A DNA stretch of 47,513 nt, filler included, from Jimgerdemannia flammicorona (taxonomy: Eukaryota), in assembly GCA_003990765.1 (NCBI GenBank). It is 2 parts of 2 records of this genome, joined end to end, with 100 filler letters (N's around TTAATTAATTAA, not from the genome) between each part and the next. Parts side by side here need not be neighbours in the genome. Positions count along the whole stretch, not along the records: positions 23,809 to 47,513 come from RBNJ01001075.1; 1 more part is not named here. The stretch is one strand, 5' to 3'. A model generated the notes under the pieces. It saw nothing but the letters and a program-made list of their open reading frames with translations. It did not search any database and was not told where the DNA came from. A program made the position numbers and the translations under genes. Below, piece after piece: positions 23,809 to 37,805 of this stretch (positions are counted from its first letter, which is position 1; each line of letters begins with the position of its first letter).

Positions 23809-24914
23809 GGGGGAGGAGGTGTTGGTGTAGGGTTATCGCTCATTTTGGGAATGTGATTGATTGTTTTATTTTATTTTATTTTTGATTGGAATCGTGTGAA
23901 GGAAAGGGAGGGGGGGAGGTGGGGAGGGGGGGGGAGGAGCGGGGAAGTGAAAGTGGGTTGTGGTGTTTACTGGGGTGGTTTGGTAAGATGTCTTGTGACG
24001 CACGTGGCGCAGGGCTGGTCGGTTGCTTGATTCGAGCGAGATGCACGAGCCACTAAATCAATCATCGTGTTCGCTGCATAGAAACCCCCATTCCAAAACA
24101 GCCAAAACGCGACTTGAGACATGATAAAATTTTTGTGGTTTGTTCTGGTTTGGGACAAGTGCGAATATTATTTGGAGATCTCAGAAACATGTCAATAAAC
24201 GCCTCACTTGTTACACAAAGCTTCCCAGACCATGCTGCACTCTGCTTTGACCTGGTCCGTCGAATCGTCCCGGAAAAACGTTCTGGCTGCGACGAGACAG
24301 GAAATACATTGCATGGTGACGATCTTATCTATTGTTCCAAACCTAGACAAATCGACCAAGTATGGATCCCCCCAATAAATTGTTACATTGATATATGTAC
24401 GGGACACACGTGCAGGACTGTTGATTGATTATTAGACACATGAGGCGTGGGGCTCAGCTACTACTGGCCCCTTGGCCTAGGTCGTGGTGTGGCCAATGTA
24501 CGTAATAGAATTTTTAGTCTCTATGGTTTCAGACAAGATTGATAAACCATACCAACTCCGGCACCGACCTTCCGATTTCAACCAAGGAAAGTTCCATTTG
24601 CAGGTCCTCCGAGACCGGTCCGAGAGATATTGCAATCAAAGTTTTCTGGTCACGCATATGACAGGGGGCGCTAGCAATAGCGACCACTCTTCCACGTTTC
24701 GTTTTTTGATCCAGAGTAGCGAGGGTCGGCGAGCGCATTTATAAGGATAATGGCTCTTGTAATGCCAAGACGCTTGTAACCATTCTCTGGCAACGGCGGC
24801 AATTCGAATACGCCGAGAGGTCTGGCTGCCGTGACACAACAAATAACACGCTTGACATCTCTTCCTCGGTCACAAATGTTCCAAACATACTTCTTGACAC
24901 CAAACGGCCGTACC

Positions 24915-26093
24915 ATGAAGCCCTCGAACAACCCCCCTCTCTCACGACCACTGATTCTCTTGACCGCCATGCTAACCCTTCTGGCCGAAGCGAGCCTCGC
25001 ATACCCAACCACAGGAAACAGGTAAAAATCAACCTCACGCTCCCCATTACGCTACGCCACCTCTCTCTCCCAATAGTTTCCTCACCTGTCTCCCCTCCCC
25101 TCCCCTATTCCCCCGCGTCCCCCCAGCTCGCACGCCTCGGCAAAACGCGCTCCAGACATCTACTCGTCTGACGGCACAGTGCTGATCTTTGTGGTCGTGA
25201 CAATCGCAATCATCTTGCTGAGTTGCTGCGCCTGCGCGTGGTACCAGAACAGCCGGTACATCCGCGAACAGAACGAACAGAACCGCGACGCCCCACCAGT
25301 TCGGCTCGAACCCATCGTCCCCCAAGACCCGACTATAGACGATGATTCATCTGTGAATCCATCTTCTTTTGCACCGTCGCCGTCGCCGCCGTATAATGCG
25401 ATACCGGCCGCAGGAGAGAGCGTAGTGGCCGTTGGGCCGAATGGAGCGCCCGTCAGTGGGGCTGGTGGAACACCGGCCGAGGGAGAGAGCGTGGTGGCCG
25501 TTGGGCCGAATGGAGCGCCCGTCAGTGGGGCTGGTGGAACACCGGCCGAGGGAGAGCGCGTGGTGGCCGTTGGGCCGAATGGAGCGCCCGTCAGTGGGGC
25601 TGGTGGAACACCGGCCGAGGGAGAGCGCGTGGTGGCCGTTGGGCCGAATGAAGCGCCCGTCAGTGGGGCTGATGGAACACCGGCCGAGGGAGAGCGCGTG
25701 GTGGCCGTTGGGCCGAATGAAGCGCCCGTCAGTGGGGCTGGTGGAACGCCGGCCGAGGGAGAGCGCGTGGTGGCCGTTGAGCCGAATGAAGCGCCCGTCA
25801 GTGGGGCTGGTGGAACGCCGGCCGAGGGAGAGCGCGTGGTGGCCGTTGGGCCGAATGAAGCGCCCGTTGGTGGGGTTGGTGGAACGCCCGAGGGAGAGCA
25901 CGTGGTGGCCGTTGGGCCGAATGAAGCGCCCGTCAGTGGGGCTGGTGGAACGCCGGCCGTTGGGTCTGATGGAACGCTGGCCGTTGGGTCTGATGGAACG
26001 CCGGCCGTTGGGTTGAGTGGAACGTCGGCCGGTGGGTCTGATGAAACGCCGGCCGTTGGACTGGGTGGAACGTCGGGCGTTGGGACCGGATAG
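24915..26093 (+). CDS. Two-exon gene for a signal-peptide, single-pass membrane protein with a cytoplasmic 23-aa tandem repeat
   Basis: Exon 1 24915-25021 (MKPSNNPPLSRPLILLTAMLTLLAEASLAYP), intron GT 25022..AG 25126, exon 2 25127-26093 in frame. KR dibasic site, TM segment VLIFVVVTIAIILLSCCACAW, then repeats of AVGPNGAPVSGAGGTPAEGERVV. Confidence 0.8.
25413..26080 (+). repeat. Coding minisatellite: ~7.5 x 69 bp followed by ~5 x 24 bp
   Basis: Unit gagagcgcgtggtggccgttgggccgaatgaagcgcccgtcagtggggctggtggaacaccggccgagg; then gccgttgggtctgatggaacgccg. Confidence 0.95.
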
Positions 26094-27470
26094 AGTCGAG
26101 GGGAGGTGGATGGACAGTGTGTGGTTGCGGTGTTTGTCGGTGGACACGGATTATTGTTATTCTTTAGACTGTTGTAATTATTTTGTTGCGGTAAAATTCC
26201 TATGAAATGCTTTGTTGCGGTAAATTCCTATGAAATGTTTTTATGATATGTACAGTCCACATTCGCCTTACATTTCCGTATTTATTTTTTTTCCCTTAAA
26301 CAAAAAGGTATCATTCTGCATGTCCCATATTTTGCTCTCTCCCTTCCTTTATTTTATTTTATTTTATGATGGCATTTGGCTACTCGGATTTGACCAATGC
26401 CGCAAAAAAAAAAAAAAAACAAAAAACAAAAAACAAATCGAAGAATATACTGCCATTATGTCGACGCCGTTCATTAAAATGCACCTGCCGCGATGTTATA
26501 GGGCACACGACGAAATCGACATCCCTGGAACAGGCAATCGCATGAAAACGCAATATATTATGCTACCGTTAGTTGTCATACCGCTACGGGATTGAACCAT
26601 GAAAAAGTATGCGCTAAAGACTTTTGCGATATATAAAATGGTTTGTATAAAATATGCATGTAACCATTTGCATGGCGGTCTGGGTATAATTGGTATAATT
26701 GTGGGGTATGTGATTGGACCGGTGTTTCGGCGATCACTGTCTCGAGCATCACGACAACTTTAAGGACATTGGGCTCGTGCCGTAGTACGTCCAGATCGAC
26801 GGGCACATATACCTCAGGTATGGGACTGGTGAATATGAACATGGATCAATTGTAATTATTTTTTTATCTTCGCTCGTAGTTACCCACGATTTCCGAAATC
26901 CCGTCCAAAAATATGGAGTATATGCTTTGCCAATTATAAAACATTTTGAATTATGGATTGGACGGGTGCTTTGGCGGACAGAACCAATGACCGTGTTTTT
27001 GGCTTCACGACAACTTTCCTTAAGGACATTGGGCTCGTGCTGTAGTATATACGTCCAGATCGACGGGCAGATAACCCTCCAGGAGGAAAAAAAAAGGGGG
27101 GGACTCGCAATTTGATACTGGTGAATATGGACATGGATAAATTGTTAATCTTCCCTTGTAGCAACCCACGATTCCCGAAATCCCCGTTCGTATGTGCACC
27201 AATAGACGCACATCTACATTTACTGTCTGCCAACATTTCGCCATTTTTGTACTGTGATGAACTCATTTATGTGATAAATATACTTTATTTATATTCTTCG
27301 AATTGTCGCTATGGCGACATCGATGATTCCTCCATTGGTAGCCACAAAGTCCCCATCAAACAAAAGTGATTCAAGCATGGCTCTAATTCCCCTGACATCT
27401 GTTTTGATTTCTTCGACGTCCGTCTTGATGTTCTCAAAGTACGTCTTGATCTGTGTTCGCCTTGCTGCTC

Positions 27471-28595
27471 TCATCGCCGTCGCCCGTCTTGGTGACATGC
27501 ATCGGCGATTTGCTTCCTGATATCTTCAATCTGTTTCTCGAGGTCTTCGATGGCATCGATTGCGCGAATAAGCAACGTGCTGGCATTGTCTGATAACAGT
27601 GATTTGGATACCGATATCATTATCATATACTATGCATAATTAAATAAAATATATTAAAATGTAACTACTCACCTTCCTCGACCATTATAAACAAGCGCCC
27701 GGCATCGTATAATTCGCCTAATAATTGAAGTGCCTTACGATTTGTTTGGACAAATCGTCGTACTTTTTCGGAAGCATTTTTAGGAAATCCTAAAAAGATA
27801 TACAAGGTTAACGAAAGTAAAAAATTGTGTTCACGAAGTGTATGAAATACTTTAAAGGACTTGGCATACATACCGACAAAAACGAAAGCAAAAACATCGC
27901 ATGCCTCCAATTCGGAATCGTTTCTTGCTTCCCTCTGCGCAACAAGCAGATAACAGAGATCTCGCTCAAGCTGAAGAAGCTTTTGGTCACACAATTTCGG
28001 GTCTTTTGATACTTCGCCTACGATATATCGTTGAGGTTCCGTATCCGAGAAAGGCGATTGACTCCGTTCCGACCTACAAAAATATTTAGAAAATTAAAAA
28101 GTGTACAAAATAAACTTTGATATTACAGACATAATGAAAGACGTACCCATCATGCATTATCTCCATCTTCGGATTTAGGTTCTTCATTCTCGAGTCTTGT
28201 TTAAAAGCGATTTCATCGGTAGCATTGACAATTGCTACAATATCTACCTCGAAATTATTGAAACCAAGTGCGTCTCGTTCGGCATCTGGGGTATCTTGCC
28301 AGAGTTGTACGAAGGACTTTGCCTCTTTTAAGGATGCTTGTGATCCCTTCTTTTTGAGAGTTAAGTGTGTCGAGTTTAGGGGCGGTGCTTGAGGTTGATC
28401 TATGTCGTTGTCTCGCTTTTTGATATAATTTTTTGTCTCCTCGATGGTGGTTACGTTGTCAAAAGTGCGTCCATCGACTTTCAGACCTTGAACGCAAAAA
28501 CCGATGGATGACAACGAGAGTTCTTCTTTAAGAGTGCGCCGACAAATATCCTCGTATAAATCCGCGGCTTGTTTTATAAGAGCAAGAGCCGTCAT
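27471..28595 (-). CDS. Paralogue A: 4-exon gene (~294 aa) with a putative PD-(D/E)xK-like nuclease domain and a short coiled coil; frameshifted heptad remnant downstream to ~27290
   Basis: Exons 28595-28147, 28073-27874, 27789-27673, 27589-27471 splice in frame with GT-AG; motifs LYEDICR, FEVDIVA, YIVGEVS, KLLQLER. Confidence 0.7.
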
Positions 28596-29379
28596 GATTA
28601 GCACAATGGAATCGTAAGCTCAAGCGCGACCTTATATATGATTTACAAATTTATTTAGCATAGTATATAAACTATTAATAGCACCTCTTGACTCACGATG
28701 ACGATATTTCGTTTATATTAATAGTTGTGAGAATTTGAATTTGAGAATCTCAATCTGAGAACTTATGTCGGAACCTTATATGTCCTTGACGGAACCATAT
28801 TTGTAATTCTTACGCTATGAGTAGGAGCCGCAGCAGAGAGCGGAGGTTAATCCCCCCCCACCCATGACTTGGCAAGGTATGCTAGCAATATACTCTAGTT
28901 TTTTACATGAAAGCTGTAACTGGGTTTGTAGTTCTAGACCCTTTGTCGGTCCAGTAACTATAGGTAATTACAAGCAGTCTTGACATTCCTAATTATGTCC
29001 GTGGGTGCAACTCTATTATTTTTGACCAAGTAACTTTGAGTATATCGCCAAAAGGATTCATCCACTTTTGTTTTCGTGACTCAATGACAACAGATACTAT
29101 GACTACTATGTGAAAATCTCTATAAAAAAAAAAAAAACTCTATTCTTTTATAGAATGTTACCTGGGAGACCAAGATATTATTTTCACGTAATTATATTTT
29201 TCAACGCGTGTATATATATAACTCCACAAAACAGCCATGATAAGAAAATAAAGTTAAAAAAAAAAAGGGGCTCAATCCAATCGTTCCGGCCTTGATGTAG
29301 CAAAGCACTTCACATGACCACCCCCAGATTGCGAACCCTGCATACGAACCGGTCAAATAGGTGTTTGTAAGACATAGGG

Positions 29380-30816
29380 TCCAAAAGCGTATTTGGGCAC
29401 CAAATTCATGGGTCACGCTAAATATTTTGAGTACGTCCACCCTATAGTATTTCGATATCGCTGGCGTCTCGTAGCGCAGGGAAGCGAGTTGTGAACTGAC
29501 GACACATTTGGATACCCCGACAATATCCGTTCACGATGTAGTCCTGGGGCGGGGGCACAAGGGAGGTAAAACTATTGTACCCTGTGCCATATCTTCCGTT
29601 TCGCCAGCACATACGCTCGCCCCAGATCAAATGATTCGCCCTGCGGCTCAGACGGCGATGGTGTTGGTCTGGCCGTTAGTGGTGTCAGACGCCCGACGGA
29701 TGTTGTGCGCTATGCCTTCCTCCACCGTGGCGACTATCGCCGTTCGAATTCGTGACGAGCACCTTTCGTATGCTTATTTGGGTGATGATTGCCGCGGTTG
29801 GCGCGTGCTGGAGGTAATCTCTTGGCGGGTAACTATTTGAAAGATGATTAAAAGATCGATGCAAAATTACGCCCTCATACATCCCCTCAAACAAATTAAA
29901 GAGACAGCGACGACGCAGCATGCAAACATTATCTTTTCATTCTTTTTTGAGGTGGGTGAGTATGATGAGATTTATGCACAACAACCATGCACGACAGCAT
30001 TCAAACCGACTGGATTCAAAACGCTTACCCGCCAAGCACGAGATCCACCTCCCCCACCATCTCCTACGCAAAGATCAGGTCGTTCTGTAGCCGCATGTGG
30101 GTCAGCCCTACCACAATGTCTATAGAGTGTGGGCTCAGACTGGTCGCGTAGCGTTCGTGAGATCGCGCGCCGTATCAAATGTGGAGTGGTACTTGAGGTT
30201 GGGCGAGAAACTGGGGATCGTCACGATTCATTCTGAAGAGGAGATGTGGGTCACTTTATTCGTGATCTAAATTATTCACATGACAAAATCCCCCTTCGCC
30301 TTTACCCTGAACTTACTTCTTGACAAGCCCAATGATGCTGACTTGATGCTACTCTTCTTCCCCTGAAACACGAGGAACTGACCCAGCCGCTTCGGTGGTT
30401 CGCCCGTGACCTCGTCCAGGAAATTGAACAGCAGCCAGGGGAAATTGGTTTCGATGATCAGCTTCTGCAAGTCGGGCACGCCAAAGTCGACGTCAAGGTT
30501 CCCCGCCAGGGAGGTGGCTATATGGAGCTGGCTCATGATCGAGATCCTATGGAGTGAAGCATAGAATGTTGGTGGGCCTGTGCCAGCCGAATCAACGACA
30601 ATTGTGTCAAAAGAAGGGAAGAGATACGTGCATGTGGTGCCCCAACGTAATGGAGCTCTCAATGTTCGAGCTGAACACATCGCCACTGAACAGCACCCAG
30701 TGATTCTCGTCTGGTCCTTCCTCGTCGAGACGGGGTTTATGGTGGTGGCGCAGCGAGCGGCTCCTTTTTCTGTTAAAGTGCCCGAGGTTGAATTTTTGAG
30801 GCACCATGACTGTCAT
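29380..30816 (-). pseudogene. 5'-nucleotidase (calcineurin-like metallophosphoesterase) remnant
   Basis: VLFSGDVFSSNIESSITLGHHM (~30630-30700), GNLDVDFGVPDLQKLIIETNFPWLLFN (canonical GNHD changed to GNLD), IVTIPSFSPNLKY (~30190-30230). Frameshifted, and the 3' extent is uncertain. Confidence 0.8.
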
Positions 30817-31072
30817 AACAATGGTCGTTCGTTCGTGGGAAGAGCATCGTCTGGAGTGCCTTTTGTTTTTTCGCGACGCGTTATATCACGTGACTGAACT
30901 GATGCCAAGTCCAATTGTTGTTTTTGTTCCTCGGAATATATTCTGTTCTATGATTCTACGATGTTGATGAGAAATTTCCTACTCACGAGGTACTGATCAC
31001 TGAGAATTCACTTTTTTTTTTTTGAAAATTGCAAATGTAGCGTTGAAGATTGCCTTTTGCTGTAAATCCTAT

Positions 31073-31106
<34 letters not shown>

Positions 31107-32124
31107 AAATTAAATTAAATTAAATAAAATAAATATACATAAAAACATTACCAAAGTTAAAGTCGGTCAATTGATATAGAATATTTAGTGCAACATTAAA
31201 GTAAAAATCGTGGCCACAGTTGTGTCGAGGACACTTGACGTGGCGATAGTTTTGCCCCTTATGCTTGAACCGGAGGAGAGGAAGAATACAATAGTTGTAT
31301 CACAACGTAATTACATTGGAGAAATTACTCAATTATTGCATAATTCACGACGATTAAGACACGTCCGACGGTAGAGCAACCGTGGCGGTGAGAGATCAAA
31401 ACGCCTGTCGGCAACCTATACGTCCGAGCTTGCGCCCGTGACTGTCGCGATTCGAATTTGATTAATGCAATATATGCGGTATTACGGGACGCACGGCGAA
31501 ATCGACATCCTTGTTCGCGGAACTTGCGACAGAATCGTATGAAAAGCATATATATACGCGACGGCCCATATTATGCTACACCATTATTTGTCATATAAAC
31601 CACGAAACCGACCTCAGCCACTAAGGGACTGAAGCATGAAAAGTATGCGTCAAACAGTTTAACATCTTGTAAACATTTTGTATGAATATGTATGCAACCA
31701 TTTGTGTATAATCATGGTGCTTCGGCACAATCAAATGACTGTCTTCGCTTCACGACGACAACTTTCCTTAAGGACATCGGGTTCATGCTGTATCCGGATC
31801 GACAGACAGATGACCCTCCGGAAGGAAAAAAAGGGGGGAGGAGGAAGCAAGACGGTTTCACAATTTGATATGGGTGAATATGGATATGGATAAATTGTAA
31901 TTTATTTTTGTCTTCGCTCGTAGCTACCAAAATTCCCGTTCGCATGTACGCCAATAGACGCACATCTACGTTTACTATCCTCGCCATTTTTGTACTGAAC
32001 GCGAATGGTGAACTCATTCATGTGATAGATATACTTTATTTATATTCTTCGAATTGTCGCTGTGGTGACTTCTCCATTGATAACCCATTCCATTGGTAGT
32101 TATAAATTCCCTCAACAAAAGGAT

Positions 32125-34492
32125 TCAAGCATGGTTTGATGCTCTCGACGTTGGTCTTGATATTATCAACGTCCGTTTTGGTTTTTTCCACCACGGCAAT
32201 TTTGGTTTCTTCGTCCGTTTTGCTGCTTTCAATTTTTTACCGTCCGACTTGACGTTCTCGACGTCCGTCCTGATCTCATCGTCCGTCTTGACGTTTTCAA
32301 TGTCCGTCTTGATCTCTTCGTCTGTCTTCCGCGTCACTCTTGATTTTGGTTTCTTCGTCCGTTTTGCTACTTTCAACTTTTTACCGTCTGACTTGACGTT
32401 CTCGACGTCCGTCTTGATCTCATCGTCCGTCTTGACGTTTTCAATGTCCGTCTTAATCCCATCGTTTGTCTTCCGCGTCACTCTTGATTTTGATTTCTTT
32501 GGCTGAATTAATGCCCTCAACATCTCAATGTTCGTCTTGACGTTCTCAACATCCGTCTTGATCTCATCGCCTGTCTTGACGTTCTCAATGTCTGTCTTGA
32601 CGTTTTCAATGTCCGTCTTGATCTCACCGTCTGTCTTCCGCGTCACTTTCGATTTTGATTTTTTCGGCTGAATTAATGCTCTCAACATCTGAATGTTCGT
32701 CTTGATGTTCTCAACATCCGTCTTGATCTCATCGCCCGTCTTGACGTTCTCGATGTCCGTCTTGATTTCATCGTCCGTCTTAAGGTTCTCAATATCCGTC
32801 TTGATCTCATCATCTGTCTTCCGCGTCACTTTTGATTTTGATTTTTTCGGCTGAATTAACGCTCTCAACACCTCAGTGTCCGTCTTGACGTTCTCAACAT
32901 CCGTCTTGATCTCATCGCCCGTCTTGACGTTCTCAATGTCCGTCTTGGTCTCATCGTCCGTCTTGACGTTTTCAATATCCGTCTTGATCTTATCGTCCGT
33001 CTTCCGCGTCACTTTTGATTTTGGTTTCTTTGGCTGAACTAATGCTCTCAATACCTCAATGTCCGCCTTAACGTTCTCAACATCCGTCTTGATCTCATTG
33101 CCCGTCTTGACGTTCTCAATGTCCGTCTTAATCTCATCGTCCGTTTTGCTGCTCTCAACGTCTGTATCGTTCGTATCGATGCTAGCGTCTGTATTGATGT
33201 TCTCAGTGTCCGTATTGATGTTCTCAACGTCCGTCTTGATATTCTCAGCGCCCTCCACCATTTTCGAATCGCCGATTTGATTCTTGATAACTGCAATTTC
33301 TTTTCCGAGTTTTTTGACAACATCGAATGCGTGAAGAAGGACCGTACAGGCATTTCCTGATAACAATGATTTGGATACAATTGTTAGTATTATATTATAA
33401 TTCATGTTTGAAAATATTATATTTAAAATATAACTACTCACTTTCTTCAACCATGATATAAAAACGCTTGGCGTTATATAATTCGTTTAACAATTGAGTT
33501 GCCTTACGATGTTGTTGCAAATATGACCGTATTTTGTCAGCCACGTCTTTAGGAAATGCTGAAATATATTCAAGATTAACGAAAGTAAAAAAGTAAAAAA
33601 ATTGCATAAAATACTTTAAGGACGTGGTATACATACCGACAAAAGCCAGGGCAAAAACATCGCATGCCTGCAATTCGGAATTGTTTCGTTTTTTTCTCTG
33701 CTCAACAAGCAGATAACAGAGAATTCGCTCAAGTTGAAGAAGCTTGTGGTCACACAAATTCTCGTTCACTGATACTTCACCCACAATATATTGTGATATA
33801 GAAGGACGAGGTTCCATATCCGAGGAATTCGATTGACTCGGTTCCGAACTATAAAGGATGTTAAGGAAATTAAATAGTGTATACTATAAACTTTACTAAA
33901 TAAATATATAATAATAAAAAACATACCTTTTGGATTTTTTGGCCTTTTTCGAATTTATGGAAATCATTCTCGACTTTTTTCCGAAAGCGATTTGTTCGGC
34001 AACATCGACGTATGCCAAAATATCTGCCTCCAACTTATCGAAAGAAAGCCCACCGGTGTTCTTTGACTCGGTATCTTTCCAGAGCTGTGCGAAGGACTTT
34101 TCTACCTCATTTAAAGGTTGCTGTGCGAGATCGTCAATCGGTTGTCGTTCTTTGATATACTGTATTGTTTCGTCGATGATGGTTTTGTCGTTAAAATTGC
34201 GTGCTTCGAAGTTCTCATCTTGAGCGCAAGAATGGAAAGATGACGATGAGAGTTCTTCTTGAAGAGTGTGCCGGCACACGATTTCGTATAAATCTCCCGC
34301 TTGTTTGGAATAGGAAGCTTGTCGGGCAGCTTGTTGAGCAGCTTGTTGGGCAGCTTGTTCAACTTGTTTGGAAAGAATAGACAATTGTGCAGCTTGTTGT
34401 GAGAGAGCAGATAATTGTGCAGCTTGTAGCGTAGCTTTTTGTGCAGCTTGTTTTGCAGCTTTTTGCGCAGCTTTTGGTGAAAGAGTCGCCAT
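32125..34492 (-). CDS. Paralogue B: intact 4-exon gene (~708 aa): N-terminal QAAQ repeats, putative PD-(D/E)xK-like nuclease, long KTD(V/I)EN(V/I) heptad array, basic tail
   Basis: Exons 34492-33927, 33848-33637, 33558-33442, 33356-32125 total 2127 nt and are open throughout; canonical splice sites at the same positions as in A, C and D. Confidence 0.85.
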
Positions 34493-36145
34493 TATGATTA
34501 GCGTAATAGACAAGGAAATCGTGAGCTCAAGTGCGACCTTATATATCGATTTGTATATTCAATTATTGTTGCATATAAACTAATAATAGGATCTAATGAT
34601 AATAATTAATATAATAGAATTTCCCTAACAGAATAAGGGATTACAAGTCTATCTCGCGACTTGGCGACGTTTATGTAACATCATGTGGTCCGAATCGTGA
34701 TTACGTGAATTACTCAATCTGAGAGTTCATGCCGGAAATTTGAAAAGTCATTGACGGCACCCACATTTAATTCGAAATTGGAATACTTTACATTATGAGC
34801 AGGAGTTGCAAGTAGCACCTAAAGAGAGCGAAAGTTAATCACACCCTCACGCGACTTTGCAAGGTGTGCTAGCAATATACTCTCATGTAAGCTGAAACTG
34901 GGTTTGTATTTACCATGGTTGGTCAGTCCTACCTGGAATCTCAATTTATTGTGACTTAAAGCAAATGTTTCACAGAAATTGATTGATAATAAAGGGGTGG
35001 GGAAATTGTTGGATCTATGTGAACGTGTTTACTAAAATTCACTATGAAAAGCGTCTGGAGACGACCAGGGGAGCCTGAAAAATGACCTGTCGTAAGGGGA
35101 TTCCTGGGATATCTGATCCCTGCTTGAATGCACCCGTTCTGCTACTTCCAGATTTCAAGACTGCTCCTTTATTTGCAAGGCTATACAACCCTTATTTATA
35201 TATACATAATTTCAATACTAAAAATATCATACTAGATGGAGATCCCCCGTAAGCCCGTATATACTCCCTTCGGAGAACCGTTTCAGAGCCTCCCTCGCGC
35301 GGTTCAAGGCACGTGCCCCTCCCTTACAGATCACTGTAGCGGTTCCACAGAAATTGATCGATGATCAAGGGGACGGAAATTGTTTGATCTATGTGGACGT
35401 GTTTGGTAAGGAATTCGCTATGAAATGCGTCTGGGAGAGCCTGAAAAGCAACCTGTCATAAGGGGATTCCTGGGATATCTAATTTTGCACGATGTATTGC
35501 CAAAAGCATTCATCCATTTCCGTTTTTGTGGCTCAATAATGATAGACACTATGACAACAATTTAACTATGTAACAGTCTCCATTATTGAATAACTTTTCG
35601 GGAATTTTTTTTTTTTTGATACCAAGTTAAGATATTATTTTCCAGCCTGATGACAAACTCGTGATCATTAATAAGCATATTCGCACAGTTTTGAATTGCT
35701 AATTAAATCAAAGTACTGGTATCGCGAAGGACGACACGCTTCAAATCACGAGTTGGCGGCACATGCCGCTTGGTTCACGTTACTCCGCCAAGATACCCTC
35801 TAAACAACCATGCCTCGGAGCGCACAGGATTTCAAGTATGAGTTTCTGAAGTGACAGATACGGTTCCGCTTCGGTTTTCAATACTTTTGGCATGCACATG
35901 ATATTGTGACGCACTTGGAGATCTTTCGTCGGCATACATCATTTGCACATACTATCCAGACCTGGAATGAATAGCTCCTATTATGTTATTGTACGTAATC
36001 GCGATTCGGACCTCATGAATAACCCCTATTCTGTTAGTAAAATTATATTATATCAACGATTGTCATCAGATTCTATAGTAATTGAAATATGTAAATCAAT
36101 ATATAAGGTTGCACTTGAGCTCACGATTCTCTTGTAATCATAACG

Positions 36146-37805
36146 ATGACTCCGACGACTCTTTCTGCACAATTATCTGTTCTTTCAGAACAAGCTGCCC
36201 GACAAGCTGCCCGACAAGCTTTTTATTCCAAACAAGCGGCAGATTTATACGAAATTATTTGCCGGCACACTCTTCAAGAAGAAATCTCGTCGTCATCCTT
36301 CCATTCTTGCGCTCAAGATGAGAACTTCGAAGCACGCATATTTAATGACAAAACCATCATCGACGAGACAATACAGTATATCAAAGAGCGACACCCGGTA
36401 GACGACCTCGCACAGCAACCTTTAAAAGAGGCAGAAAAGTCCTTCGCACAGCTCTGGCAAGATACTGAATCAAAGGACACCGATGGTCTTTCTTTCGATA
36501 AGTTGGAGGTAGATATTCTGGCGTACGTCGATGTTGCCGAACAACTCGCTTTCGGAAGAGAGTCGAAAATGATTCCCATAAAGTCGAAAAAGGCGAAAAA
36601 ATACAATAGGTATATTTTTCATTGTTATAATTTATATGTTTAATAAAGTTTATGTTAATTTCCTTGACATCTTTTATAGTTCGGGAGCGAGTCAATCGAT
36701 TTCCTCGGATATGGAACCTCGTCCTTCTACATCACAATATATCGTGGGCGAAGTATCATGGATGCAAATTTGAGTGACCACAAGCTTCTTCAGCTTGAGA
36801 GAATGCTCTGTTATCTGCTTGTTGAGCAAAGAAAACGACGAAGCAATTCCGAATTGCAGGCATGCGATGTTTTTGCCCTGGTTGTTGTCGGTATGTACCG
36901 CATTCTTTAAAGTATTTTATACATTTCCTACACGTTTTTTTATTTATTTTATTTTATTTTATTTTATTACATTCGTTAACCTTGATATACTTTCAGCATT
37001 TCCTAAACATGTCAGCAGAAAAATACAGTCATATTTGCAAAAACATCGTAAGGCAATTAGATTATTAAATGAATTATTTGATGCCAACCGTTTTTATATA
37101 ATGGTTGAAAAAAGTGAGTAGTTATATTTAAATATAATCTATTTAAACATGAATTATTATATAATACTAACAATGATATCCTATTTACTGTTATCAGGAG
37201 ATGCCTGTATGATGCTTCTTAACGCATTCGATGATGTCAAAAAACTCAAAAAAGAAATTGCAGTTGCCAAGAATAAAATCGGCGATTCAAAGATGGTGGA
37301 GGACGCTGAGAACTTTAAGATGGGCGTTGAGAGCATCTATACCGACGGTGAGCTCAAGGCGGACATTAAGAACGTCATGACCGACGATGAAGTCAAGACG
37401 GACGTTGAGATGTTGGAAACATTAAGTCAGCCGAAGAAATCAAAATCAAAAGTGACATGGACGACGGACGATGAGATCGAGACGGACTTTGAGAACGTCA
37501 AGACGGACGATGGGATTAAGACGGATGTTGAGAACGCCAAGACGGACGATGAGATCAAGACGGACGTTGACATGTTGAAAGCATCAAGTCAGCCGAAGAA
37601 ATCAAAATCAAAAGTGACGCGAAAGACGGACGATGAGATCAAGACGTGGGGGATCGGTGGAACGCATAGCTGGTGTCCAAATACGCTTTTGGTCCATCTT
37701 ACAAACGCCTATTTGACCGGTTCGTATGCAGGTGCAGGGTTCACAATCCGAGGGTACGGTCATGTGAAGTGCTTTGCTGCATCAAGGCTGGAACGATTGG
37801 ATTGA
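36146..37805 (+). pseudogene. Paralogue C: frameshift right after GEVS, and 3' end fused to unrelated sequence
   Basis: gaagtatcatggatgcaaatttga (~36750-36773) lacks 1 nt relative to B/D, giving a stop; the heptad exon switches at ~37646 into the block also found at 29270-29400 and 45120-45270. Confidence 0.75.

Noticed and set aside
23300..24850. Many short overlapping ORFs either side of the gap
   Set aside because: No recognisable motifs or consistent exon structure.
25347..26147. 266-aa minus-strand and 194-aa alternative-frame ORFs
   Set aside because: Shadow frames of a stop-free 69-bp GC-rich repeat; the + frame has signal peptide, TM and splice support.
32093..33380. Antisense and alternative-frame ORFs over the heptad array (also 39838-40445)
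   Set aside because: By-products of the 21-nt repeat; no independent start or splice evidence.
35115..35465. Coding-like fragments (LNAPVLLLPDFK; QITVAVPQKLIDDQGDGNCLIYVDVFGKEF)
   Set aside because: Short, frameshifted and not assignable by eye; noted only as part of the duplicated block.
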